Positions 14,119 to 25,200 of a DNA stretch of 47,224 nt are shown here, piece after piece (within the stretch, counting starts at the first letter, position 1; every line of letters starts with the position of its first letter). The notes under the pieces were generated by a model. That model worked only from the letters and a program-made list of their open reading frames with translations. It did not search any database and was not told the origin of the DNA. The translations under genes were made by a program, and so were the position numbers. The DNA is from Escherichia phage ev099. The DNA is taken from the sequence record NC_049953.1; one strand, given 5' to 3'.

Positions 14119-14862
14119 ATGACACAGACAGAATCAGCGATTCTGGCGCACGCCCGGCGATGTGCGCCAGCGGAGTCGTGCGGCTTCGTGGTAAGCACGC
14201 CGGAGGGGGAAAGATATTTTCCCTGCGTGAATATCTCCGGTGAGCCGGAGGAGTATTTCCGGATGGCTCCGGAGGACTGGCTGCAGGCAGAGATGCAGGG
14301 TGAGATTGTGGCGCTGGTCCACAGCCACCCCGGTGGTCTGCCCTGGCTGAGTGAGGCCGACCGGCGGCTGCAGGTGCAGAGTGATTTGTCGTGGTGGCTG
14401 GTCTGCCGCGGGGCGATTCATAAGTTCCGCTGTGTGCCGCATCTCACCGGGCGGCGCTTTGAGCACGGGGTGACGGACTGTTACACGCTGTTCCGGGACG
14501 CTTACCATCTGGCGGGAATTGAGATGCCAGATTTTCATCGTGAGGATGACTGGTGGCGTAACGGCCAGAATCTCTATCTGGATAATCTGGAGGCGACGGG
14601 GCTGTATCAGGTGCCGTTGTCAGCGGCACAGCCGGGCGATGTGCTGCTGTGCTGTTTTGGTTCATCAGTGCCGAATCACGCCGCAATTTACTGCGGCGAC
14701 GGCGAGCTGCTGCACCATATTCCTGAACAACTGAGCAAACGAGAGAGGTACACCGACAAATGGCAGCGACGCACACACTCCCTCTGGCGTCACCGGGCAT
14801 GGCGCGCATCTGCCTTTACGGGGATTTACAACGATTTGGTCGCCGCATCGACCTTCGTGTGA
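14119..14862 (+). CDS. K: tail tip assembly protein K (MPN/JAMM plus NlpC/P60-like)
   Basis: 247-aa ORF with HSHPGG...SEAD JAMM-like motif. Confidence 0.88.
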   Translation: MTQTESAILAHARRCAPAESCGFVVSTPEGERYFPCVNISGEPEEYFRMAPEDWLQAEMQGEIVALVHSHPGGLPWLSEADRRLQVQSDLSWWLVCRGAIHKFRCVPHLTGRRFEHGVTDCYTLFRDAYHLAGIEMPDFHREDDWWRNGQNLYLDNLEATGLYQVPLSAAQPGDVLLCCFGSSVPNHAAIYCGDGELLHHIPEQLSKRERYTDKWQRRTHSLWRHRAWRASAFTGIYNDLVAASTFV

Positions 14863-15431
14863 AAACGGGGGCTGAAGCCATCCGGGCACTGGCCACACAG
14901 CTCCCGGCGTTTCGTCAGAAACTGAGCGACGGCTGGTATCAGGTACGGATTGCCGGGCAGGATGTCAGCACGTCCGGATTAACGGCGCAGTTACATGAGA
15001 CTCTGCCTGATGGCGCTGTGATTCATATTGTTCCCAGAGTCGCCGGGGCCAAGTCAGGTGGCGTATTCCAGATTGTCCTGGGGGCTGCCGCCATTGCCGG
15101 ATCATTCTTTACCGCTGGGGCCACCCTTGCAGCATGGGGGGCAGCCATTGGGGCCGGTGGTATGACCGGCATCCTGTTTTCTCTCGGTGCCAGTATGGTG
15201 CTCGGTGGTGTGGCGCAGATGCTGGCACCGAAAGCCAGAACTCCCCGTACACAGACAACGGATAACGGCAAACAGAACACCTATTTCTCCTCACTGGATA
15301 ACATGGTTGCCCAGGGCAATGTTCTGCCGGTTCTGTACGGTGAAATGCGCGTGGGGTCGCGGGTGGTCTCTCAGGAGATCAGCACGGCAGACGAAGGGGA
15401 TGGTGGTCAGGTTGTGGTGATTGGTCGCTGA
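14760..15431 (+). CDS. I: tail tip assembly protein I
   Basis: 223 aa, lambda order. Confidence 0.92.
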   Translation: MAATHTLPLASPGMARICLYGDLQRFGRRIDLRVKTGAEAIRALATQLPAFRQKLSDGWYQVRIAGQDVSTSGLTAQLHETLPDGAVIHIVPRVAGAKSGGVFQIVLGAAAIAGSFFTAGATLAAWGAAIGAGGMTGILFSLGASMVLGGVAQMLAPKARTPRTQTTDNGKQNTYFSSLDNMVAQGNVLPVLYGEMRVGSRVVSQEISTADEGDGGQVVVIGR

Positions 15432-15490
15432 TGAAAAACGTTTATGTGAAACCGCCTCCGGGCGGTTTTGTCGTTTATGGAGCGTGAGGA

Positions 15491-18400
15491 ATGGGTAAAG
15501 GCAGCAGTAAGGGGCATACTCCGCGCGAAGCGAAGGACAACCTGAAGTCCACGCAGTTGCTGAGTGTGATCGATGCCATCAGCGAAGGGCCGGTTGAAGG
15601 TCCGGTGGATGGATTAAAAAGCGTGCTGCTGAACAGTACGCCAGTGCTGGACAGTGAGGGGAATACCAATATCTCCGGCGTCACGGTGGTGTTCCGGGCC
15701 GGTGAGCAGGAGCAGACACCGCCGGAGGGATTTGAATCCTCCGGCTCCGAGACGGTGCTGGGTACGGAAGTGAAATACGACACGCCGATCACCCGGACCA
15801 TCACGTCGGCAAACATTGACCGACTGCGTTTTACCTTCGGCGTGCAGGCACTGGTGGAAACCACCTCAAAGGGGGACAGGAATCCGTCGGAAGTCCGCCT
15901 GCTGGTTCAGATCCAGCGTAATGGTGGCTGGGTGACGGAAAAAGACATCACCATTAAGGGCAAAACCACCTCGCAGTATCTGGCCTCGGTGGTGGTGGGT
16001 AACCTGCCGCCGCGCCCGTTCAATATCCGGATGCGCAGGATGACGCCGGACAGCACCACAGACCAGCTGCAGAACAAAACGCTCTGGTCGTCATACACCG
16101 AAATCATCGATGTGAAACAGTGCTACCCGAACACGGCACTGGTCGGCGTGCAGGTGGATTCGGAGCAGTTCGGCAGCCAGCAGGTGAGCCGTAATTATCA
16201 TCTGCGCGGGCGCATTCTGCAGGTGCCGTCGAACTATAACCCGCAGACGCGGCAATACAGCGGTATCTGGGACGGAACGTTTAAACCGGCATACAGCAAC
16301 AACCCGGCCTGGTGTCTGTGGGATATGCTGACCCACCCGCGCTACGGCATGGGGAAACGTCTTGGTGCGGCGGATGTGGATAAATGGGCGCTGTATGTCA
16401 TCGGCCAGAATTGCGACCAGTCGGTGCCGGACGGCTTTGGCGGCACGGAGCCGCGCATCACCTGTAATGCCTGGCTGACCACACAGCGCAAGGCGTGGGA
16501 TGTGCTCAGTGATTTCTGCTCGGCGATGCGCTGTATGCCGGTATGGAACGGGCAGACGCTGACGTTCGTGCAGGACCGACCATCAGATAAGGTGTGGACC
16601 TATAACCGCAGTAATGTGGTGATGCCGGATGATGGCGCGCCGTTCCGCTACAGCTTCAGCGCCCTGAAGGACCGCCATAATGCCGTTGAGGTGAACTGGA
16701 TTGACCCGAACAACGGCTGGGAGACGGCGACAGAGCTTGTGGAGGACACGCAGGCCATTGCCCGTTACGGTCGTAACGTCACGAAGATGGATGCCTTTGG
16801 CTGTACCAGCCGGGGGCAGGCACATCGCGCCGGGCTGTGGCTGATTAAAACAGAACTGCTGGAAACGCAGACCGTGGACTTCAGCGTGGGCGCAGAAGGG
16901 CTTCGCCATGTGCCGGGCGATGTCATTGAAATCTGTGATGATGACTATGCCGGTATCAGCATCGGCGGGCGCGTGCTGGCGGTAAACAGCCAGACCCGGA
17001 CGCTGACGCTCGACCGTGAAATCACGCTGCCATTCTCCGGTACCACGCTGATAAGCCTGGTTGACGGAAGTGGCAATCCGGTCAGCGTGGAGGTTCAGTC
17101 CGTCACCGACGGCGTGAAGGTGAAAGTGAGCCGTGTTCCTGACGGCGTTGCTGAATACAGCGTGTGGGGGCTGAAGCTGCCGACGCTGCGCCAGCGCCTG
17201 TTCCGCTGCGTGAGTATCCGTGAGAACGACGACGGCACGTATGCCATCACCGCCGTGCAGCATGTACCGGAAAAAGAAGCCATCGTGGATAACGGGGCGC
17301 ACTTTGACGGCGACCAGAGCGGCACGGTGAATGGTGTCACGCCGCCAGCGGTGCAGCACCTGACTGCCGAAGTCACCGCAGACAGCGGGGAATATCAGGT
17401 GCTGGCGCGCTGGGACACGCCGAAGGTGGTGAAGGGCGTGAGCTTCCTGCTCCGTCTGACCGTAACAGCGGATGACGGCAGTGAGCGGCTGGTCAGCACG
17501 GCCCGGACGACGGAAACCACTTACCGCTTCACACAACTGGCGCTGGGGAACTACAGGCTGACAGTCCGGGCAGTAAATGCGTGGGGGCAGCAGGGCGATC
17601 CGGCGTCGGTATCGTTCCGGATTGCCGCACCGGCAGCGCCGTCGCGGATTGAGCTGACGCCGGGCTATTTTCAGATAACCGCCACGCCGCATCTTGCGGT
17701 TTATGATCCGACGGTACAGTTTGAGTTCTGGTTCTCGGAAAAGCGGATTGCGGATATCAGGCAGGTTGAAACCACAGCACGCTATCTTGGCACGGCGCTG
17801 TACTGGATAGCCGCCAGTATCAATATCAAACCGGGCCATGATTATTACTTTTATATCCGCAGTGTGAACACCGTTGGCAAATCGGCATTCGTGGAGGCTG
17901 TTGGTCAGCCGAGTGATGATGCATCCGGTTATCTGGATTTTTTCAAAGGCGAGATAGGGAAAACCCATCTGGCTCAGGAGCTGTGGACGCAGATTGATAA
18001 CGGTCAGCTTGCGCCTGACCTGGCTGAAATCAGGACGTCCATTACGGATGTCAGCAATGAAATCACGCAGACCGTCAATAAGAAACTGGAAGACCAGAGT
18101 GCGGCAATTCAGCAGATACAGAAGGTTCAGGTTGATACAAATAATAACCTGAACAGCATGTGGGCAGTGAAGCTGCAGCAGATGCAGGACGGACGCCTTT
18201 ATATTGCGGGTATCGGTGCCGGTATTGAGAACACCCCTGACGGCATGCAGAGTCAGGTGCTGCTGGCAGCAGACAGGATTGCGATGATTAATCCTGCGAA
18301 TGGCAACACAAAGCCGATGTTTGTTGGTCAGGGCGATCAGATATTCATGAATGAAGTGTTCCTGAAACGCCTGACGGCCCCCACCATTACCAGCGGCGGT

Positions 18401-18988
18401 AATCCTCCGGCATTTTCCCTGACATCAGACGGGAGACTGACGGCGAAAAATGCGGATATCAGTGGCAGTGTGAATGCGAACTCAGGAACGCTCAACAATG
18501 TCACGATTAACCAGAACTGTACGATTAAGGGCATGCTGGAGGCGACCCAGGTCAGAGGTGACTTCGTTAAAGCTGTATCCAAATCATTCCCGAAACAGGC
18601 TGGTACGTGGGGTAACACGGAAACACCAAACGGGACGGTTACAGTCACCATAAGCGATGATCATAACTTTGACCGTCAAATCATTATTCCGCCCATTATC
18701 TTTAACGGAATAGCGTATAGCGATCCGGGAAGTGGTAATAACCCGGGAGGTACAAGATACACGGGTTATGGTTTTGAAGTTCGCAAAAACGGTGTATTAA
18801 TCGCATCCAGAGAAACTAAAGGGGCTATTCCCGGTAGCTACAGTGCGGTTATTGATATGCCGAGTGGCAGGGGAAGCGTCACTCTGGAGTTTAAGGTTTT
18901 CCATAAAGGCAATCAGTGGGCAGGTAATATCACCGACTGTACGGTGATTGTGACCAAAAAAGCCGCTTCCGGCATCAGTATTCGTTGA
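15491..18988 (+). CDS. J: tip attachment / central tail fiber protein J, with divergent extended C-terminal receptor-binding region
   Basis: 1165 aa (lambda J is 1132 aa as I recall); most of the protein is lambda-like, last approx 150 aa diverge. Confidence 0.93.
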   Translation: MGKGSSKGHTPREAKDNLKSTQLLSVIDAISEGPVEGPVDGLKSVLLNSTPVLDSEGNTNISGVTVVFRAGEQEQTPPEGFESSGSETVLGTEVKYDTPITRTITSANIDRLRFTFGVQALVETTSKGDRNPSEVRLLVQIQRNGGWVTEKDITIKGKTTSQYLASVVVGNLPPRPFNIRMRRMTPDSTTDQLQNKTLWSSYTEIIDVKQCYPNTALVGVQVDSEQFGSQQVSRNYHLRGRILQVPSNYNPQTRQYSGIWDGTFKPAYSNNPAWCLWDMLTHPRYGMGKRLGAADVDKWALYVIGQNCDQSVPDGFGGTEPRITCNAWLTTQRKAWDVLSDFCSAMRCMPVWNGQTLTFVQDRPSDKVWTYNRSNVVMPDDGAPFRYSFSALKDRHNAVEVNWIDPNNGWETATELVEDTQAIARYGRNVTKMDAFGCTSRGQAHRAGLWLIKTELLETQTVDFSVGAEGLRHVPGDVIEICDDDYAGISIGGRVLAVNSQTRTLTLDREITLPFSGTTLISLVDGSGNPVSVEVQSVTDGVKVKVSRVPDGVAEYSVWGLKLPTLRQRLFRCVSIRENDDGTYAITAVQHVPEKEAIVDNGAHFDGDQSGTVNGVTPPAVQHLTAEVTADSGEYQVLARWDTPKVVKGVSFLLRLTVTADDGSERLVSTARTTETTYRFTQLALGNYRLTVRAVNAWGQQGDPASVSFRIAAPAAPSRIELTPGYFQITATPHLAVYDPTVQFEFWFSEKRIADIRQVETTARYLGTALYWIAASINIKPGHDYYFYIRSVNTVGKSAFVEAVGQPSDDASGYLDFFKGEIGKTHLAQELWTQIDNGQLAPDLAEIRTSITDVSNEITQTVNKKLEDQSAAIQQIQKVQVDTNNNLNSMWAVKLQQMQDGRLYIAGIGAGIENTPDGMQSQVLLAADRIAMINPANGNTKPMFVGQGDQIFMNEVFLKRLTAPTITSGGNPPAFSLTSDGRLTAKNADISGSVNANSGTLNNVTINQNCTIKGMLEATQVRGDFVKAVSKSFPKQAGTWGNTETPNGTVTVTISDDHNFDRQIIIPPIIFNGIAYSDPGSGNNPGGTRYTGYGFEVRKNGVLIASRETKGAIPGSYSAVIDMPSGRGSVTLEFKVFHKGNQWAGNITDCTVIVTKKAASGISIR

Positions 18989-19008
18989 AATTGTTATAAC
19001 CCATATAA

Positions 19009-19033
19009 GGGCACCAGAAATGGTGCCTTTTTT
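19009..19033 (+). terminator. rho-independent terminator after J
   Basis: gggcacca-gaaa-tggtgcc hairpin followed by tttttt. Confidence 0.7.
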
Positions 19034-19057
19034 ATTGCAGAAAAGCGAGAGGTAATT

Positions 19058-19657
19058 ATGCGTAAACTTTATGCCGCCATTTTGTCCGCAGCCATTTGTC
19101 TGGCCGTATCCGGTGCGCCTGCATGGGCATCTGAACATCAGTCCACGCTGAGCGCGGGGTATCTTCATGCCTTGACGAACGTTCCCGGCAGCGATGATCT
19201 TAACGGGATTAACGTGAAATACCGTTATGAGTTTACGGACACACTGGGGCTGGTGACGTCATTCAGCTATGCAGGAGACAAGAATCGCCAGCTTACCCGT
19301 TACAGCGATACCCGCTGGCATGAAGATTCCGTGCGTAACCGCTGGTTCAGCGTGATGGCGGGGCCGTCTGTGCGCGTGAATGAATGGTTCAGCGCGTATG
19401 CGATGGCGGGTATGGCTTACAGCCGTGTTTCGACTTTCTCCGGAGATTATATCCGCGTAACTGACAACAAGGGGAAAACGCACGATGTGCTGACCGGAAG
19501 TGATGACGGTCGCCACAGCAACACGTCTCTGGCGTGGGGAGCTGGCGTGCAGTTTAACCCGACCGAATCCGTGGCCGTTGACGTCGCTTATGAAGGCTCC
19601 GGCAGCGGTGACTGGCGTACCAACAGTTTCATCGTGGGTGTCGGTTATAAATTCTGA
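19058..19657 (+). CDS. lom: outer membrane protein Lom (Ail/PagC family)
   Basis: 199 aa with signal peptide [24 protein letters not shown] and C-terminal ...GVGYKF. Confidence 0.93.
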
Positions 19658-19682
19658 TTAGCCAGGTAACACAGTGTTATGA

Positions 19683-19710
19683 CAGCCCGCCGGTTCAGGC
19701 GGGCTTTTTT
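19683..19710 (+). terminator. rho-independent terminator after lom
   Basis: agcccgcc-ggttca-ggcgggct hairpin followed by tttttt. Confidence 0.75.
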
Positions 19711-19721
19711 GTGGGGTGAAT

Positions 19722-21890
19722 ATGGCAGTAAAGATTTCAGGTGTACTGAAAGACGGCACAGGAAAACCGGTACAGAACTGCACAATCCAGCTGAAAGCAA
19801 AACGTAACAGCACCACGGTGGTGGTGAACACGCTGGCCTCAGAAAATCCGGATGAAGCCGGGCGTTACAGTATGGACGTTGAGTACGGTCAGTACAGCGT
19901 TATTCTGTTGGTGGAAGGATTCCCGCCGTCACATGCCGGGACCATCACCGTGTATGAAGATTCCCGACCCGGTACGCTGAATGATTTTCTCGGTGCCATG
20001 ACGGAGGATGATGCCCGTCCGGAGGCTCTGCGCCGTTTTGAACTGATGGTGGAAGAGGTGGCGCGTAACGCGTCCGCGGTGGCACAGAACACGGCAGCCG
20101 CGAAGAAGTCAGCCGGCGATGCCGGCACATCTGCCCGTGAGGCGGCAACCCATGCGACTGATGCTGCAGGCTCAGCACGCGCAGCCAGCACGTCAGCCGG
20201 ACAGGCCGCTTCGTCGGCTCAGTCAGCGTCTTCCAGCGCAGGAACGGCATCAACAAAGGCCACTGAAGCGGAAAAAAGTGCTGCCGCTGCAGAGTCCTCA
20301 AAAAGCGCGGCAGCTACCAGTGCCAGTGCCGCGAAAACGTCTGAAACGAATGCTGCAGCGTCACAACAATCAGCAGCCACTTCTGCATCCACCGCGACTA
20401 CGAAAGCGTCAGAAGCTGCCATCTCAGCCCGGGATGCGTCGGCTTCAAAAGAGGCGGCAAAATCATCAGAAACGAACGCATCCTCGAGCGCCAGTAGCGC
20501 AGCTTCCTCGGCAACGGCGGCAGCAAATTCCGCGAAGGCGGCAAAAACGTCCGAGACGAACGCCAGGTCTTCTGAGACGGCAGCGGGACAGAGCGCCTCA
20601 GCTGCGGCAGGCTCAAAAACAGCGGCTGCGTCGTCTGCCAGTGCCGCGTCAACAAGTGCCGGGCAGGCCTCAGCCAGTGCCACCGCCGCCGGAAAATCGG
20701 CAGAAAGCGCCGCATCATCCGCTTCAACAGCCACAACGAAGGCTGGCGAAGCCACTGAACAGGCCACTGCAGCAGCGAGGGCTGCTTCCGCAGCGAAGAC
20801 ATCCGAAACGAACGCGAAAGCGTCGGAAACCAGCGCAGAATCCTCAAAAACGGCTGCCGCATCGTCCGCCAGTTCGGCGGCGTCATCGGCATCATCTGCG
20901 TCTGCTTCAAAAGATGAGGCGACCAGACAGGCGTCAGCAGCGAGGGGCAGCGCCACGACGGCATCCACGAAGGCGACAGAGGCTGCTGGCAGTGCGGCAG
21001 CGGCAGCACAGAGCAAAAGTACGGCAGAATCCGCAGCAACGCGCGCTGAGACAGCGGCAAAACGTGCAGAGGATATTGCATCCGCCGTGGCGCTTGAGGA
21101 TGCGAGCACGACGAAAAAGGGGGTAGTACAGCTCAGCAGTGCGACCAACAGTACGTCTGAAACGCTGGCGGCAACGCCAAAGGCAGTAAAATCAGCCTAT
21201 GACAATGCAGAGAAACGTCTGCAGAAAGACCAGAACGGCGCTGATATACCCGATAAGGGACGCTTCCTGAACAACATTAACGCGGTCAGTAAAACAGACT
21301 TTGCTGATAAGCGTGGTATGCGTTATGTGCGGGTTAACGCTCCTGCAGGTGCAACATCTGGAAAATATTACCCTGTTGTTGTTATGCGTTCTGCTGGCTC
21401 AGTAAGCGAACTGGCATCAAGGGTCATTATCACCACGGCAACGCGAACCGCAGGCGATCCGATGAATAACTGCGAGTTTAACGGATTTGTTATGCCTGGT
21501 GGCTGGACTGACAGGGGGCGTTATGCTTATGGAATGTTCTGGCAATATCAAAACAATGAACGAGCCATCCACTCAATAATGATGAGTAATAAGGGCGATG
21601 ATTTGCGCTCTGTGTTCTATGTTGATGGCGCTGCTTTCCCTGTTTTTGCGTTTATCGAAGATGGCCTGTCAATATCCGCACCTGGTGCTGATCTCGTTGT
21701 TAATGATACGACCTATAAGTTTGGGGCAACAAATCCGGCGACTGAATGTATCGCGGCGGACGTTATCCTTGATTTTAAGAGTGGGCGTGGTTTTTATGAG
21801 TCTCATTCGTTAATCGTTAACGATAACTTGTCGTGCAAAAAACTTTTTGCCACAGACGAAATTGTAGCGCGTGGTGGTAATCAGATTTGA
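19722..21890 (+). CDS. stf: side tail fiber, proximal part: lambda Stf N-terminus plus Ala/Ser/Thr-rich repeats plus non-lambda C-terminal domain, ending at an in-frame TGA
   Basis: MAVKISGVLKDGTGKPVQNCTIQLKAK... matches lambda Stf start; ORF ends NQI-TGA immediately followed by ATG in the same frame. Confidence 0.8.
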   Translation: MAVKISGVLKDGTGKPVQNCTIQLKAKRNSTTVVVNTLASENPDEAGRYSMDVEYGQYSVILLVEGFPPSHAGTITVYEDSRPGTLNDFLGAMTEDDARPEALRRFELMVEEVARNASAVAQNTAAAKKSAGDAGTSAREAATHATDAAGSARAASTSAGQAASSAQSASSSAGTASTKATEAEKSAAAAESSKSAAATSASAAKTSETNAAASQQSAATSASTATTKASEAAISARDASASKEAAKSSETNASSSASSAASSATAAANSAKAAKTSETNARSSETAAGQSASAAAGSKTAAASSASAASTSAGQASASATAAGKSAESAASSASTATTKAGEATEQATAAARAASAAKTSETNAKASETSAESSKTAAASSASSAASSASSASASKDEATRQASAARGSATTASTKATEAAGSAAAAAQSKSTAESAATRAETAAKRAEDIASAVALEDASTTKKGVVQLSSATNSTSETLAATPKAVKSAYDNAEKRLQKDQNGADIPDKGRFLNNINAVSKTDFADKRGMRYVRVNAPAGATSGKYYPVVVMRSAGSVSELASRVIITTATRTAGDPMNNCEFNGFVMPGGWTDRGRYAYGMFWQYQNNERAIHSIMMSNKGDDLRSVFYVDGAAFPVFAFIEDGLSISAPGADLVVNDTTYKFGATNPATECIAADVILDFKSGRGFYESHSLIVNDNLSCKKLFATDEIVARGGNQI
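20100..21110 (+). repeat. degenerate tandem coding repeats (KTSETNA / SAAASSAS motifs) within stf
   Basis: Reiterated gaaaacgtctgaaacgaatgc-like units; GC-rich, which also creates long spurious ORFs in other frames. Confidence 0.7.
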
Positions 21891-23123
21891 ATGATAGGTG
21901 GGGAGTATGGTGCATTATGGCGTAATGATGGCGCTAAAACTTACCTGCTGCTTACCAATCAAGGTGATGTTTATGGTGGCTGGAATACATTAAGACCGTT
22001 TGCTATTGATAACGCAACCGGCGAACTGATTATTGGAACCAAACTGTCCGCAAGTCTGAACGGTAATGCATTAACAGCAACAAAGCTGCAAACGCCAAGA
22101 CTGGTTTCTGGTGTTGAGTTTGATGGTTCCAAAGATATTACTTTAACCGCCGCGCATGTGGCTGCTTTTGCCAGAAGGGCAACGGATACATATGCCGATG
22201 CGGATGGGGGCGTTCCATGGAATGCCGAATCAGGCGCTTACAATGTCACCCGCTCTGGCGACAGCTATATTCTGGTTAACTTCTATACCGGAGTCGGAAG
22301 TTGCCGGACCCTGCAGATGAAGGCACATTACAGAAATGGAGGTCTGTTCTACCGTTCCTCAAGAGATGGCTATGGTTTTGAGGAAGACTGGGCAGAAGTT
22401 TATACCTCGAAAAATCTTCCACCAGAAAGCTACCCAGTCGGCGCACCAATCCCGTGGCCATCAGATACCGTTCCGCCTGGTTATGCCCTGATGCAGGGGC
22501 AGACTTTTGACAAATCTGCATACCCGAAACTTGCAGCCGCTTATCCGTCAGGCGTGATCCCTGATATGCGTGGCTGGACGATTAAGGGCAAACCTGCCAG
22601 TGGTCGCGCCGTATTGTCTCAGGAACAGGACGGCATTAAATCGCACACCCACAGCGCCAGCGCATCCAGTACGGATTTGGGGACGAAAACCACATCGTCG
22701 TTTGATTACGGAACCAAATCCACGAATAACACCGGGGCGCATACCCATAGTATTAGCGGGACCGCAAATAGTGCCGGTGCGCACCAACACAAGAGTTCCG
22801 GTGCATTTGGTGGCACGAACACGAGCATTTTCCCTAATGGTTATACCGCGATTTCAAATCCAAGCGCGGGGATTATGAGCACAACAAGCGGTAGTGGCCA
22901 GACTCGTAATGCAGGAAAGACATCATCAGATGGTGCTCATACCCACTCGCTGTCCGGCACTGCTGCAAGCGCAGGCGCACATGCACATACTGTCGGTATT
23001 GGTGCTCATACGCACTCCGTTGCGATTGGCTCACATGGACACACCATCACCGTTAACGCTGCGGGTAACGCGGAAAACACCGTCAAAAACATCGCATTTA
23101 ACTATATTGTGAGGCTTGCATAA
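21891..23123 (+). CDS. stf: side tail fiber, distal part: collar and His-box region ending with the conserved ...[11 protein letters not shown] tip
   Basis: 410 aa, same frame as upstream stf ORF; contains GAPIPWPSD collar motif and GAHTHS/GAHAHT His boxes. Confidence 0.8.
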   Translation: MIGGEYGALWRNDGAKTYLLLTNQGDVYGGWNTLRPFAIDNATGELIIGTKLSASLNGNALTATKLQTPRLVSGVEFDGSKDITLTAAHVAAFARRATDTYADADGGVPWNAESGAYNVTRSGDSYILVNFYTGVGSCRTLQMKAHYRNGGLFYRSSRDGYGFEEDWAEVYTSKNLPPESYPVGAPIPWPSDTVPPGYALMQGQTFDKSAYPKLAAAYPSGVIPDMRGWTIKGKPASGRAVLSQEQDGIKSHTHSASASSTDLGTKTTSSFDYGTKSTNNTGAHTHSISGTANSAGAHQHKSSGAFGGTNTSIFPNGYTAISNPSAGIMSTTSGSGQTRNAGKTSSDGAHTHSLSGTAASAGAHAHTVGIGAHTHSVAIGSHGHTITVNAAGNAENTVKNIAFNYIVRLA

Positions 23124-23704
23124 TGGCATTCAGAATGAGTGAACAACCACGGACCATAAAAATTTATAATCTGCTGGCCGGAACTAATGAATTTATTGGT
23201 GAAGGTGACGCATATATTCCGCCTCATACAGGTCTGCCAGCAAACAGTACCGATATTGCACCGCCAGATATTCCGGCTGGCTTTGTGGCTGTTTTCAACA
23301 GTGATGAGGCATCGTGGCATCTCGTTGAAGACCATCGGGGTAAAACGGTTTATGACGTAGCGTCAGGGGACGCGTTATTTATTTCTGAACTCGGTCCGTT
23401 ACCGGAAAATGTTACCTGGTTATCGCCGGAAGGGGAGTTTCAGAAGTGGAACGGCACAGCCTGGGTGAAGGATACGGAAGCAGAAAAACTGTTCCGGATC
23501 CGGGAGGCGGAAGAAACAAAAAACAGCCTGATGCAGGTAGCCAGTGAGCATATTGCGCCACTTCAGGATGCTGTAGATCTGGAAATCGCAACGGAGGAAG
23601 AAATCTCGTTGCTGGAAGCATGGAAGAAGTATCGGGTGTTGCTGAACCGTGTTAATACAACAACTGCACCGGATATTGAATGGCCAGTAGCACCTATAGG
23701 GTAA
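23123..23704 (+). CDS. tfa: tail fiber assembly protein
   Basis: 193 aa [24 protein letters not shown]...; TAATG overlap with stf stop as in lambda. Confidence 0.93.
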   Translation: MAFRMSEQPRTIKIYNLLAGTNEFIGEGDAYIPPHTGLPANSTDIAPPDIPAGFVAVFNSDEASWHLVEDHRGKTVYDVASGDALFISELGPLPENVTWLSPEGEFQKWNGTAWVKDTEAEKLFRIREAEETKNSLMQVASEHIAPLQDAVDLEIATEEEISLLEAWKKYRVLLNRVNTTTAPDIEWPVAPIG

Positions 23705-24563
23705 ATTCGTAATGATTACCTAAATACGTTATTCTTTTGCTCAAAAAGTGATTTTGCTATAGGTAGAGAGTATGTTCTTGGATTAAGAATAAAAAATCGC
23801 CATGAAAGAGCTTCATGGCGAGTACATAAACGTACAAAATATGATGAAAGTAGAGTGGCGTAAGCCACTATATTAAGATATGACAATAGCGAAGAAAAGT
23901 AAATAACATTTTATGGGCGTTTAATTGTTAATTATAAAAACTAGAGTGCCCGATATTGTTTATCTTGCTTTAAAATAATGTACTCAAACCAAATTTTTGA
24001 GCTAAAAGCTCAAATAATATAAATGCAATGATAATGTTTAATAAGACAATTAGCTTGCTTTGTATTTTCATTTCGGAATACTGTTAAGTAACTTTGATGA
24101 CCCTAACAATAGATCGGAATTTTCTTAGAGTCAATGGACACTGTTTTTGCTTGCAAAGCAAATGTTTTGGTGGTTATAAGTTGTCTTAATATAGTCACGC
24201 ATGCAACTTGTTCCATGCGGAGATTAAAGATTGGAATATAACGCGAAGATGGAATTAAATTACATTTGCAATAATCAATTTATTATTGCTCAATAATTAC
24301 CGATATTATTATTGTAAATTAATCATTAGAGTGCAAAAAGAAATGTAACGGCAAAATAAGAGGACGATAGCTGAGAAAAAAGCGTGCTTTCCCAATCTGG
24401 GGCAAATCACGTCTGAATGACACCTGAAAACAGGTGGTAGCCTCAAGAAGGCTTGGAATATTCTTCTTTAATGTTATGTAATTCATTGATTTTTCGTGTA
24501 CGATTTTAAGACATTTATTCCAAGAAAAATTTTTAACTCTTTGATTTTTCGACTCTGTATCAT

Positions 24564-24625
24564 CGGTCTCGAAAACCGGAGTAGGGGCAACTCTACCGGG
24601 GGTTCAAATCCCCCTCTCTCCGCCA
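24564..24625 (+). tRNA. partial tRNA-Ser (serU-like, anticodon CGA) 3' portion only, about 62 nt, ending CCA
   Basis: GGTCTCGAAAACCGGAGTAGGGGCAACTCTACCGGGGGTTCAAATCCCCCTCTCTCCGCCA matches the 3' two-thirds of E. coli tRNA-Ser(CGA); no acceptor/D-arm upstream. Confidence 0.8.
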
Positions 24626-25200
24626 CTTTATCAATGACTTATCTCCCGACTTCCCGCCTTGCTTTTCCTAAACAGAACAATCGTAGAATATTCTTGAAGG
24701 GTTAGATCGTCACTGTTTTCTGTTCGATACTGTGACATTCAGCACTTGATTCGCTATGGATCTAACAGGAAGGTTTTGAGCGAAAATTTGCAGTTATTCA
24801 GTCGTTTTCTTATCGGTCACCATTATTCTTTTAGACATTGATCCTACAAAGCTGCCGCAAAGTTGGTGGTGGGAACTGAAGTTGCGTAGAGAAGGGGTCA
24901 ATACCCGGAGGCAAACATGGGCTGGCAAAAGTGTAGCGGTATTAGGCGCAGCTATTTAGCCTAGTTATGTTTTATGAAAACTTAATATCATATAAGTGTC
25001 TTACTTATTGGCTGTAAATAAGTTTTTCCTAAGGAATTGTTTCTTGAGTATCATTTGTAACTGTAACGGAATTTATAATCCTTTGCTTTATTGTTACGGT
25101 ATTTTTTATCACACCCTATTTTTTATATGGTTTTTTATACTGAAGTTTGGCAAAGTGAACTTTATATGCATATACTTCATCCTGGTTTCAGTTAAGTTGG

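Noticed and set aside
16583-17968. 461-aa minus-strand ORF inside J
   Set aside because: Antisense to a well-supported structural gene; Arg-rich low-complexity product typical of a GC-rich antisense frame
20119-21148. Long ORFs in alternative frames and on the opposite strand across the stf repeat region (335 aa Arg/Pro/Gln-rich on +; 309 aa and 227 aa on -)
   Set aside because: Low-complexity translations produced by the GC-rich Ala/Ser/Thr-coding repeats of stf; no start context, fully overlapped by the real stf frame
24564-24625. Possibility of a complete functional tRNA gene
   Set aside because: Only the 3' 62 nt match tRNA-Ser; the upstream 28 nt do not form acceptor or D arms, so it is a fragment
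24496-24705. 69-aa plus-strand ORF overlapping the tRNA-Ser fragment
   Set aside because: Its reading frame is simply the translation of tRNA-like sequence; no RBS; explained by the tRNA remnant
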